This document shows, one piece after another, positions 50,301-63,216 of a stretch of DNA of 64,000 bases. The stretch spans positions 1 through 64,000 of the forward strand of contig JAUGWO010000105.1 of the NCBI GenBank assembly GCA_049724395.1. Direction: 5' to 3'. The position numbers and the translations under genes are program-made. Under the pieces are notes generated by a model. It was not told where the DNA came from. It ran no database searches and worked only from the letters and a program-made list of their open reading frames with translations. Each line of letters opens with the position of its first letter. Positions within the stretch are counted from its first letter, which is position 1. The DNA comes from Spongospora subterranea f. sp. subterranea. Lineage: Eukaryota.

Positions 50301-53285
50301 GTTCTGCGGTCTGTATTGTCAATGGCCGGCAATATTGAAGTAATAACGGGTTTGTCATAAATAAAGGATATGGAATCGGTTGTGGATTGCCCATCTGCAA
50401 CCACAACGACCCCGTTGGCATCACTGATCTTGGGCGGGATAGCGCAGACAATTTGAGTAGAGCTGACCGTTGACACAGTACAGGGAGAGCCGCCGATTGA
50501 CACGCTTAAACCGGTTTTCAATTGTCCAAAATTACTTCCAACAACAGTGATTAAGTTCCCTCCTAAAAACGGTCAATGAAGCTATCTGAGAACTTTTAAC
50601 GACCAAACTTACCAGCTGTGTTCGCTTGAACAGAAATTATGTCGGTGATCGACGGGGGACGATACGATATTGAGCCAGACGAGAATCGCCCGTCGGCTGT
50701 CGTCACCTTAACTGCTCTGGAGACCCCACGACCTGGAGGGGCCGAACATGTGATTGAAGAATCTTTCCAGGTAATAATGGTACAGGACATTGAGCCCGTC
50801 CATATTTGGTTGAATGTGACATTGCCCTTCGAGGCACCGAAATTAGACCCAGTAATGAAAACAGTGTCGCCGCCAATGGCTCCAATGACTGTCGGTAGGA
50901 CAGTGAAAATTGAGGGAGGATTGTACGAGAACAGTACTGTTTCACTGGCAAGCTGGCCGGCAACCGTCAGAAGAATAGGGAGATTGACCCCTACACCCGG
51001 AGGACTCTGCAACAATGCGTAAGGAGGCGATGCGAAAATGTGGATGACAATGCCATACCGTGCATACAAGCTTCGTATGCGAATGATCAAGAACCGTCTC
51101 GTGGATTATGCATTGGGAACCGCTGATCAACACTGAAGCCGATCCAGAAACATTGCCGAAATTGTTTCCGGTAATGACGATGGAATCCCCACCATCGGTA
51201 TTTCCAGAGTATGTCGCCACAGTCATTGACGGTCGAGAAAACGAGAAAGCCGACGGTAATCGCGAGACGCCTGTTGCTGTCGTTAAAACCACGTCCAGGT
51301 TCGCTCCAACACCGCTGGGAATAGTGCAATTGATTCGACTATGGGTCCATGTCACGATAGAACATAATAAAGTGCCAATGTTGACTGTTGCTGTGATATC
51401 GCCAAAACTTGATCCATCAATGATCATGGATTGCCCTCCCGACGTGTTCACAGCTTTCAAAGGCGTCGCCGCGCTGATATTGGGCGCCATATAGGAAAAC
51501 GTATAGACAGGACTGAACCCACTTCTATGGTCAACAGTGATGCTGCGGCTCCCATGCCCAGGCGCGAGAAGAAATGTGGCCGTTGTCTGACTGGAGCTGA
51601 GGACGGTTTGATAGACAGCATCAACGGCAACGCGCGGGTTGGTCCCAAAGTTGATCCCGGTTAAAGTTAAAATCACGTTGCCAGATGTGGAGATCGAAGG
51701 AGATGTTGAAAGAATAGTCGGAGCGTTGTAGCTATAGACAACGGGGGAGCTGGGATTGTTTTGGACGGCGCTCTGTGATTGGACGGTGACAGTTACGGCA
51801 TTGGACTAAAGGAATTGAGTAAATATTGAAAGAAAATTATGAAAAAGATCCATAGCATACCAATCCTTCACCAGCAGGAACACGAACTTGCATGGATGTG
51901 TGATTTCGAGTACATGCTGGACACGATAGAACATCGGCAGCCCCAATTTTGACCGTGACAATGGCTGAAGATGTTCCGAAGTTAAGGCCGTTGATTGTGA
52001 GGAATGTGGATGGATTTGTCGTAGATCCTATTGTTGGCCCACTACTGGACGAAACACTGATGATTACAGGTGGATCATAGGAGAATGTGAACACGGTTGT
52101 GTCCTGGCCACCGACAGTATAATGCACTTCCAAGCCCTCTCCTTGCCCGGGAGGTAATGTACAAAATACGTTTGTGTGTAAAGTATTACTTCCAGTGATT
52201 GGACAATCGACACCCCCAACGGTGACCGTCCTTGGACTTCCTACAGCCCCGAGATTGGTTCCTGTAATTGTCACGATATCGCCTCCAGCGGTTCGCGCTT
52301 TAGGCGACGCAACAACGGTGGCCGTAATAGTTGGAGGCAGGAACTGGAACCAAATTGCAGGATTGGCACCATAAACTGCATGTGCAGTCACATTGACTAC
52401 ATTTGCATTGGAAGCACCGTAACCAGGGCTCATTTGGCAGATTATGCTGGTATGGGTCTGGCTAACCAAACTGCAGGGAAACCTGAAAAAAATGCATTCT
52501 CATCAGCACCTATCAGAGTCTTCCCAGTCGTGGAGGCAACGTACGATCCAACGTTGATGGTTGCGCCTCCAATTGGCCCGAAATTAGTTCCTGTTATAGT
52601 GAGAGAGGTTGGCAATCCTGTCGCAACAACAGGACCAGTTGGCCCTGACGTTGGGAATATGCTGATAATCGTTGGAGATGCATAACTTAAAGAGAAATTC
52701 TTCGTTGCCAAGTACTTGTTCTTGATTGTTATCACCCTATCCGCAGCCAGTGCAGGGAAATTTGCTGAGGTTAATGCAGGGAATGTGCATACAAGTTTCT
52801 GCATTGACATCAGCGAGCACACCACGGTCGACCCATAAACCTTGAACCCGAAGTCGCTATCGAGATTGTCATAGAATTTGTTTCCAGCGATAGTGATAAC
52901 GGTTCCCCCAGACGTATCAGGGTTGGCGGGCGATAAGCTGAAGACCACTGGATCTGCGATTGGATTATTAGAACTCTGATTCCGTGATTGGATTCATTTC
53001 CCGCTTACTCATACAAACGGAGATAATATCGCCACAGCAATCATTATATGTAGTGAAGCAAACATCGTCACAATAACAATAAAGACCTGTGGTTTTACCA
53101 TAAGCCACACTTCCACACATATCCGCGCCGGCAGAATTATTCTTTGCTGCACAATAATATCGCGCCGGAGAAAATGGGGGAAACCACGATGGGATTTTGG
53201 CATTTGTGGAAATAAAGAGGAACACGGAGATGAACAGGAGAAGTTGAGAGATCCTGAGGAGACCATGGAACCCCCTTTGAGGCAT
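41331..53285 (-). CDS. Very large cell-surface protein: signal peptide, somatomedin-B-like domain, many IPT/TIG repeats, many ephrin-receptor-like/GCC2-GCC3 Cys-rich repeats and a C-terminal multi-TM domain
   Basis: Signal LLLFISVFLFISTNA; CYCDDVC..DCCGD; recurring GG..ITITGSNFG/C..P.G.G units; recurring C..CP.G.Y/F units; about 9 hydrophobic helices with KILLGFFQI, GFLYDAFSPRFWWF and LNPY. Colinear ORFs are joined by short introns. Confidence 0.9.
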
Positions 53286-53445
53286 AGTTCCGCCTAGCTG
53301 GGGGTCCAGGGGAACCGCTAACAGCTTCAAGAAGGTATTGTTATGTGGACCAGTTTAGCATGAGGTTATGGCAGTTCAGTGAAATAAACGTGAGCGACTA
53401 CTCTACACAGTCACACACAGAGTTCACTATCTCCGTTATTTTTAT

Positions 53446-53865
53446 GTAACAATCGGGCTATCGTCAAAATGGAATAACCGGTACTGTAGTGTAACAATGG
53501 GGCTGCCGTCACTACACTAAATGGAACCGGTAGTGTAGCAATCGGGCTAATCGTCATCACCACTTTAAATGGAATAACCGGTGGCGTAAACTGGGCTGTT
53601 ATTGTAACAAACGGGCTAATCGTCACTACATCGAATGGAATAACCGGTGGCGTAACAACTGGGCTGCCGTCACTACACTAAATGGAACCGGTAGTGTAAC
53701 AATCGGGCTAAATCGTCGTCACTAATAACCGGTGGCGTAAACTGGGCTGCCATTGTAACAAACGGGCTACCATCGTCACTACATTAACTGGAATAACCGG
53801 TGGCGTAACAACTGGGCTGCCATCACTACCCTAAATGGAACCGAGAGTGTAACAAAATCGGGAAC
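53446..53865. repeat. Degenerate minisatellite with units of roughly 45-65 bp
   Basis: Recurring gtaacaa.cgggct / cgtcactac / aatggaa(ta)accggt(ag|gg) modules just upstream of the giant gene. Confidence 0.85.
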
Positions 53866-55981
53866 AAACTTTTGCTGTCAAACGCAATCTACCATGGCGT
53901 GACTTATTCAAATAATATTGATTCCAGCAAATACATGGTCCGGTTTATTTGCTCGACCTTGTGCACTAAATCAAGAGCGGCTGAGAGTTCGACTGTGACC
54001 GCGTTGACGTGCTCTGGTGTTTGGCAGATTTACAACGGTATCAGTGTGAGGAAGGAAAAGCGACGACAATAAAGAAATAGGCTGACGGCCCGTAACAATC
54101 AAATCAAAGCGCCATATTGACCAAAAAAAAATCTGCCGTTTGATGGCAACTGGCCACGTATCTGCCTTTGGTCAATACCGTGTTCAATCATCTGGCTCGT
54201 CGCGAAATCGGTTTCTCACCCGTCACTATTTTACAAAACCTCAACCTAGTTTGTTTATTGTTGGCGATATTCTTTCCTCACACTGACACCAGAGCGCTCA
54301 ATCCATCACGATCGAACTCTCAGCCGTCCTTGATTTCATGCAGAAGGAAGTGGTTGGCCGTGCTTTCAGACAACACGAGCAGAAACATCGTTCTCGTCGA
54401 ATCACCGACCAACCGTGGATTAGTTTTACAACCGGCGAAAAAGTGATCCGTTCGTCTACGAGTCAGAGTAAAAATGGTGTGTTAGCTGTGTTAGTTCTGC
54501 TCAGATTGTCGAAGTGGGCAACGCGCCCTTCGATTAGGTTGGGCGTTTTGAAACGGCTGATTTTACTCGAGAGCCTTTGTACGAGCTCGATGTCCTACAT
54601 TTCATGGAAGCTGGGGTGCGATCGCATCCTCCGGAGCCTTTGTGTGTCGATCTCCTCCAGAGCGTTGTCTGACAAAGGGAAATGTGCTGCTCTACCCGTT
54701 CCCATTGATTCTGTGACTCAAATGGGGGTGACAGGGTTACAGCGCCACCTCATCGTTCCCCAAAACCTATTCCTGTTGTGTAACGACCCCAGACGCTGAG
54801 TTTCAACGCAGACTGGTCCCTGTATCGCCATATGATCCATCAGCGGATGATCTGGTAGGCGGAGATCCTGGCCTCACTTACGGGTCGAAAAGGTAATCCA
54901 TTCATCGTGGGGAGGGAAGGGGGACATGCAAAACACTGATCTCAAAACCTCAAACTCACAGCACTGGCATGGACCTTCCGGTATCGTTGCAGATTAGTTC
55001 ATCATTGTTTAAAAATCCTCTTGAACAGTTGCCTTTGGTTGCGCCTAAAATGACGCCGAGTGTCGCTGACGCACATTCGCCTTCGAATGGCTTGTTCTGA
55101 CCCGCGTATGTGTAGCGGATTCTAGCGATTGGTCCTCGGGCCTGCTGCCTAGCACGGCAACGCTGGAAATTGCTTCACAATGCAGCAGCAGGCATTTGAG
55201 TTGAAATGGGTTACGTTCTGCCTTGTTTTTTCAACAATGTCGTATAGCTAACTACGCTGGGTTTGGTCGAAACAGTTTGCGAAAAGATGGCAGAAAATTT
55301 CTGCACCGCTTGCGCAACCTTTGCAATTGCTGTAAATGAGAGGAAGGCGCTGGACGCCAAGCTTGATCGTTGTTGAAAACAGCCACTTTCATCATTCTAA
55401 TGTGGTCGGCGCGTTCGGCCACTTGCCAAACAGCTGTAATAACAACTACTGTGCAAAATTAGGATGAATTGGTGAAATACAGGCAGCTTGGTTATTTGTC
55501 GAGAAATATGAGCAGGCGCTCATAAAAGCCTATTTATAGCCATCGACCGATGGGTGTTTGATTGGGACAATTTCTGAGCGTCTGAAAAACAAATCGCCCA
55601 CTCCTCAGCAAAAATACCAGCTCCGTTTCCACCATATCTTGTCAACAACGGATCGGGTATGAGGGCATCGCAAAACAAGCCAAGTTCTAAAAAAGTTTCT
55701 AAATCATTCAAAAATGGAAATTGAACATTTGAAGCTCTTGGTTTGTCAATGAGCCTGTTCATAAGCCCAGTCAGTTACCGTATGTTGATTTACAACGTAA
55801 CGGGATGAGAATGAAGGTGCGCTCGCGAACCTCGCGTCCCAACCGAACAGTATAGCACAGTCGTTTAGCTGAGCGCTTCACGCAAGTCACTATGCACGAG
55901 ACACATTTCGAAAAGTGCTCAGCGAACTGCCTGTTTGGACCAGACCACATCAAAGGGTGTAATTTAAGCTCGCTATTTAAT

Positions 55982-56400
55982 TTATTGTTTTCGAACCAAC
56001 TTCAGCTGCTTTTTGGTCATTTTCTTAATCTTACGCGTGTCTGTGATCTACAAAAACCGCATTATCAAATATCAACTCATCCATCGCAATGAAGTCTCAA
56101 ATATACCGTTTGAACAACTTCACTTTTCTTCTCGTTTTCTTCTTTGGCTTTCCTCTTCTGATCTCTGCGACGTTTCATCTCTGCTTTTTCCTGCTTGATC
56201 TGTTCGATAAACGCATGATGCTGTTGTTTTCCGGCAGCGATTTCTTCCTTCCGCTTTTGCCGCTCGACGAAATTCATTCGGGCCGACGACTGTTTCATGG
56301 CGCTATGCCTCTGCTTCTGGATCGTCTTCCATACCCGCCCATTTACAGGCTGGGTTCTGGGAATATCCGAAGGTTGTGGTGTCTCGAGCTCCATTGTCAT
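55982..56400 (-). CDS. CGR1: CGR1/CCDC86-like rRNA-processing protein (2 exons)
   Basis: PVNGRVWK..KRKAKEENEKKSEVVQT|ITDTRKIKKMTKKQLKLVRKQ*. Confidence 0.85.
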
Positions 56401-56586
56401 TGGCGACGCTGCCACACGTTACAATGGCGAAATCTGCACGGACTCCGTAGCGGACTCCGACTGAGGGAATCAATCCCCCTGTTCTTTGAATGGCTCAGCC
56501 CAGCCCACAGGTAGCGCGCCAGCACCAAGGACCTGCCAGATATTATTGACCGGTGCCTTTTCCCGTTTTCGGCCACCGAAGTCGAT

Positions 56587-57534
56587 ATGTCGCCGATTAT
56601 TGAGACACAAAAGTTGTTAGATCAAGCGCAATCGCTTATCGATCAATGCCATGTAAGATTGAGCTCAACGATTCTCGTTTTTCTTATAATCGTGGATCGA
56701 TGATCCGCTCGTTAGGCAGAAGGAGCTATCAAATTCGTAGAGCGGGCGTTGCAGATTGAGCCAGATAATTGCAGAGTGCTTGATTTATATGCGGATTGCC
56801 TGATTGAGCTCGATCGTCATGGCGAAGCGATATCCGTTTTACAAAAGAGCATATCGATCAGCCCCGACGACAGCCCGTTCAGGTATATGAACTTGGGCCA
56901 GCTACTGTCGGGAACCGACGCCCTGCAATGCTACGGGAAAGGGATCCAGATTATGTCGTCGCGCTTATCGTCAGACGACCTGATGGCGACGCGACTGTCG
57001 TCCGGATTGTGTTCGATGGCCGAGCTATACATGACCGATCTCTGCGATGAACCCAACGCCGAACAGGCTTGCGATGATTTGCTGGCTCAAGCTATACACG
57101 TTGCTCCATCCAATACCGACGCCTACAGATCTCTCGCCAATCTACGACTAATCCAACAGCAATTCGATCAGGCGTCCGATTGCGTGTCGAAATGTCTCGA
57201 GATCATCGGCGATCGGGATCACGACGATGGCGAATCTGAGAGCGGCGGAGCGATGTCAGTCGCTGGGCGATGCGACCTGGCCAAGATCTGTATCGAGCTG
57301 GATAGGTATTCAGATGCGGCCGATCTGATCGATCGCTGCCTTTGCGAAGACGACTCGGATCCGGAGCTGTTCGTGCTCGCCGGGCTGTGCTATCTGAAGG
57401 AGGACGATATCGACAGTTGTGACGACTATCTCAACCAAGCGACACAAATGTTGTCCAAACACCCTAACCCCCCATTACAAGCTGAACTCGACGCCATACT
57501 CGAGGAACTCAACCGCAAAAGGCGATCGTCATAA
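56587..57534 (+). CDS. ACL4: TPR protein, ACL4-like assembly chaperone of Rpl4 (2 exons)
   Basis: TPR helices with YMNLGQLLSG.DAL.CY.KG and LCSMAELYMTDLCDEPNAEQAC..SLANLRLIQQ. Intron at about 56653-56715. Confidence 0.8.
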
Positions 57535-57658
57535 AAACGGTCTCAACACAGAATATTAATTATATACACAACTTATTCGTTCTCGTTCCAACAGCTCATC
57601 GCGTTGATACAAAGGTCACCCACAGCCCAGCCCAACCCGTTAGTACATCCCACGCGAA

Positions 57659-57994
57659 TTAGCGATTATTGGCAAAGTTTTTCCGAGATTGGCGATCTTC
57701 TCCCGTCGTCGGCTGCTTTGGTTGCCGATGAAGATGGACACCTTCCAGGGTCTTCTTGACGGGCGGCGGGACCTGGGTCGATCGTTGCGGGATCTGATCC
57801 AACACCGATTCCTGCTCCTGTTCTGAATCCACGCTGGCTTGAGCGTCGATCGTCGCGGTCTCTCCGTCTGATTTGTCGTTGCCCGATCCTTCTTCATCAC
57901 TGCTCACTGATTGGGCGCGCCCGCTGCTTAATTCCCTAATCATTCGGCCCACGTCCAGCGTACGACGTATTGTCTTCCACAAACGATGTTTCAT
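57659..57994 (-). CDS. Hypothetical small protein
   Basis: ATG-initiated 111-aa ORF with an acidic low-complexity middle; no homology recognised. Confidence 0.3.
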   Translation of the reverse strand: MKHRLWKTIRRTLDVGRMIRELSSGRAQSVSSDEEGSGNDKSDGETATIDAQASVDSEQEQESVLDQIPQRSTQVPPPVKKTLEGVHLHRQPKQPTTGEDRQSRKNFANNR

Positions 57995-58233
57995 AATGTG
58001 TGAAAACGTTGATTGATCAACTTTTGATCACTTTAACGAGCGTTAATTCTGTCGATTTGTTGTTCTAATCGAATAATCTGCTTGGAGACAGAGCGACCCC
58101 GTAACTACCAGATCAGACAAATTAGTTATCGATGTCTCGTACCAATCGCTCCAACAAAATCGAATAATAATAAAATGTCGAAACAAGAAAAGGCGGCTGT
58201 ACTATAGATATTGGTTGGTTTATGGTATGGTAT

Positions 58234-60120
<1,887 letters not shown>

Positions 60121-60649
60121 ATTGGTTTAATGGAGTTTCTCCTTGGGGTCGCGGACTCCGCCCCCTATCGCTGTAATGGGCCCTGATTACACCTGCTCTG
60201 CTGGGTGAGGAGGCCGAGGGACTGTGGTACAGGTAATGTATCGGATGGGTGTCTGAGAGAGAAGCTGCATTGGGGCGTGGGACAGAGACAGGGGGGAGGA
60301 CTGAGTCTGGGGGGCGCTGACTCGGGGGGAGAGGGTCCGATGGCTGATTGGGAGGCCGGGCAACTGGTAATGGTCATACCGACGGGTGTCTCAGGGTGAA
60401 CAGTATTGACGGAGACGGGGAGGATTCAATTGGACGGGTCATCAATCGGAATCGAGAGAAGCAATTCAACGCCAGACGACAACGTTCTTGCTGTCGTCGT
60501 CTGTGCAGTGCAAACGCGGCAACTCTGGATGCGCCCCAACACGAGCGGAGAGCATTTTTAACGATTCACGAACCGAATTAAACGGAGGATTCGAGCCATC
60601 TAGGAAACACAATCGTCAAGTGTCACTTCGAATACGGCGATTTTATGAA

Positions 60650-61090
60650 AGTATCAATGAGTTTTCGCTTCTGAATCTTTTTTTTCTTCGCTGCTGCTCA
60701 GCTTGACTCAAATAACGTTGGCTTCCGGTTTTGGGCCTCCCTTTCGTTTGTATTTTTAGAAATTTCCGTTTTGGATGTGATTCTTTGTTTGGGATTGACA
60801 AGTTCGAAGACGATTCAACGCTCAAGTTCAGCGATTTTATGTAGATTTTACATGTACATATTGTCCTAATTACCTCACTCTCTGATGAACCATTCATATT
60901 TCCTTCTTGATTCTTACTGATTTTGCCTATACACGACCTCTTTATTTCGAATCCGAGACATACATCATGACAGGCAATGTCAATATTCCCCCTTTGACGC
61001 AATAGTTCCAACAGAGGCTCGGCAAAGCTACGGGTAGCAGTATACGTGATCCATTGGAGGCCTCCCAAAAATCTCGCAGATGCCAAATTT
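60650..61090 (-). pseudogene. Possible DNA-transposase C-terminal remnant
   Basis: Only KIQTKGRPK..RYLSQAE, reminiscent of Mutator C-terminal tails, next to the Harbinger block. Weak evidence. Confidence 0.25.
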
Positions 61091-61734
61091 GTTTCCCAAG
61101 AAGGTAACTTCAACCGCACCATGAGACCGGAGATGATTTACCTTGCGCTGACAGCGGTAGAAGATTCTCGTCGTGACCAGAAACGTTTTCAGGCCATCCT
61201 GCTTCGCATGCGTTCACTTAATGTTTAAATTTGATATCTAGAACATGACGCTGAAGCAGGCGATCGAGGCTGCACTAGCTGGGAAGCTGTCGCAGTGCAC
61301 AGTCATTGGCAAAATCCTACTTCACATCCGTTCCCAAAGCAGGAATGCTATCACCCTGGGGACGGATGTGAAGTAGGATTTCGATTTTGTCAATGACTGT
61401 GCACTGCGACAGCTTTTGCTAACGATGAACGGGTTCCAAAGCCAAAAAATGACAACTACAAACAAGAGTGATGGGTGAAAATCAAGACAGTGCAGCCTCG
61501 ATCGCCTGATTCATTCGTGTTCGAAATGTGGTTTCGTCGACATCCCTGCCTGTGGATCAAGAAAATTCCGTTTGGTACACGATTTATGCCAATCGAGATG
61601 CAGGCACCTTCATTAATGTGGTATCATTACCTCCCTGCTCATTTGACCGGCTTTTATCTGTTTTTGATCAATATTATGTGGTAAAGAGTGGCCCAGGAAA
61701 GCGTGGACGTCCATGTCGAATCGTTTTCAAGCAC

Positions 61735-62108
61735 ACCGACCTCTGCAACATTTCTTCCATCCATGAAAAACCCATTTCCGTCACTGCTTCGCTCCTCGTC
61801 TTCCATCGTCTCGACACACGCCTTATTGTCGATCGATCTTTGAATTCGTTTAGCACGAACAACTTCGGGCGGACAAGACGGATCGCCAGTCGGCTTTCGG
61901 TGATTTTTTAGCAGAATGAATTTTCGCTTCAAGCTATCGCTGTCGCGAGCAACAACGATAGCTTCTTTCTTGTTGAAGAGGTTTGTCACTTCTCCCAGCC
62001 ATTGCCTCCTTGCGGGAGCACAGACTCAGCTATGTCGAGCATGCAATTCAGGTCGTCGTCGTTCCACGCCGGTCCGCGACCTTTCTTCTTAGACGCCGTG
62101 GCCGCCAT
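61735..62108 (-). pseudogene. Harbinger-associated Myb/SANT-like (DUF6818-like) protein, frameshift at about 61990
   Basis: GRGPAWNDDDLNCMLDIAESVLPQGGNGWE, frameshift, VTNLFN..RDSDSLKRKF..KPTGDPSCPPEVVRAKRI. Confidence 0.8.
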
Positions 62109-62259
62109 TTGTGTTGACACACATGCGCAAAAAAGAAAAAATACCTATTTGCGTGCGCACAAATATTGCGTGTGTCGAGACGATGGAAGACGAGGAGCGA
62201 AGCAGTGACGGAAATGGGTTTTTCATGGATGGAAGAAATGTTGCAGAGGTCGGTTTTCC

Positions 62260-63030
62260 TGCAACGTCTCCTCTGATTGGAAATGCAGAATCAGTCCTGC
62301 TCCAACGAGATTATGATCACACAGCTTTAATTGCAGACCACGACTCATTTTGCCATCGTTCCAAGACCCGGGACAATTGTGGCGTCCCCAGATCAAAGTC
62401 CCATCCAGACCAAAACAAAAAACTCCAGTTACGAGGACAGAATGCAACCAACCTTGCACAATCGTTTTTAGTAGGTAGAGCCATTTAACAAACAACCTAC
62501 CATTGTACATCGCGTTTTGCAGGTCCGCATCAGATGGTTGCTGCACTCTGAAGTTCTTGCCATCGACGAACCCAAAGACACCTTCAACAAGCGGTTCGCG
62601 TTCGTTGGTAAGTTCTGCCCACCGTTGCTGCATCGGTATAGAAGGCCATTGGACAAACGACTCAGGAATGTCGCGAAGCGCCTTGCTGAAAGCGATTTCA
62701 GCATGTTTCAGCACTCGACTAAAAGTGCTTGGTGAAACGGCAAACAGTTCAACCAGTGTCTTTTGTTCTGTTGCATGAGTGTAGAAATGCAGGAGTAAAG
62801 CCAATACGGCGTGCTTGAAAACGAGTCGACATGGACGTCCACGCTTTCCTGTGCCACTCTTTAGCACATAATATCGATCAAAAACAGATAAAAGCCGGTC
62901 AAATGAGCAGGGAGGTATTGATACCACATTATTGAAGGTGCCTGCATCTGCATAAATCGTGTACCAAACGGAATTTTCTTGATCCACAGGCAGGGATGTC
63001 GACGAAACCACATTTCGAACACGAATGAAT
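62260..63030 (-). pseudogene. Harbinger (DDE_Tnp_4-like) transposase, truncated
   Basis: FIRVRNVVSS..SVWYTIY, HTH-like VLALLLHFY..LVELFAVSPSTFSRVL, and VFGFVDGK..LQNAMYNG|WLHSV..FGLDGTLIW..NCPGSWND. Confidence 0.88.
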
Positions 63031-63216
63031 CAGGCGATCGAGGGTGCACTAGCTGGGAAGCTGTCGCAGTGCACAGTCATTGACAAAATCGAAATCCTAC
63101 TTCACATCCGTCCCCAGGGTGATAGCATTCCTGCTTTGGGAACGGATGTGAAGTAGGATTTTGTCAATGACTGTGCACTGCGACAGCTTCCCAGCTAGTG
63201 CACCCTCGATCGCCTG
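63031..63216. repeat. Long near-perfect hairpin (MITE-like) in the Harbinger 5' region; second copy at 61257-61508
   Basis: caggcgatcgagggtgcactagctggg..cttcacatccgt pairs with acggatgtgaag..cccagctagtgcaccctcgatcgcctg, with one 6-nt bulge and a loop of at most about 30 nt. Confidence 0.92.

Noticed and set aside
43248..52685. Numerous plus-strand ORFs
   Set aside because: Antisense shadows of the Cys/Ser-rich giant gene on the minus strand.
53446..53865. Repeat-spacer (CRISPR-like) array
   Set aside because: The intervening segments are themselves repeats of each other, as in a degenerate minisatellite.
54100..55950. Minus-strand gene or pseudogene
   Set aside because: Some exon-like stretches, but no coherent model or recognisable homology could be built.
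60270..60360. G-quadruplex regulatory element upstream of SRP54
   Set aside because: G-runs are present, but there is no evidence of function beyond local composition.
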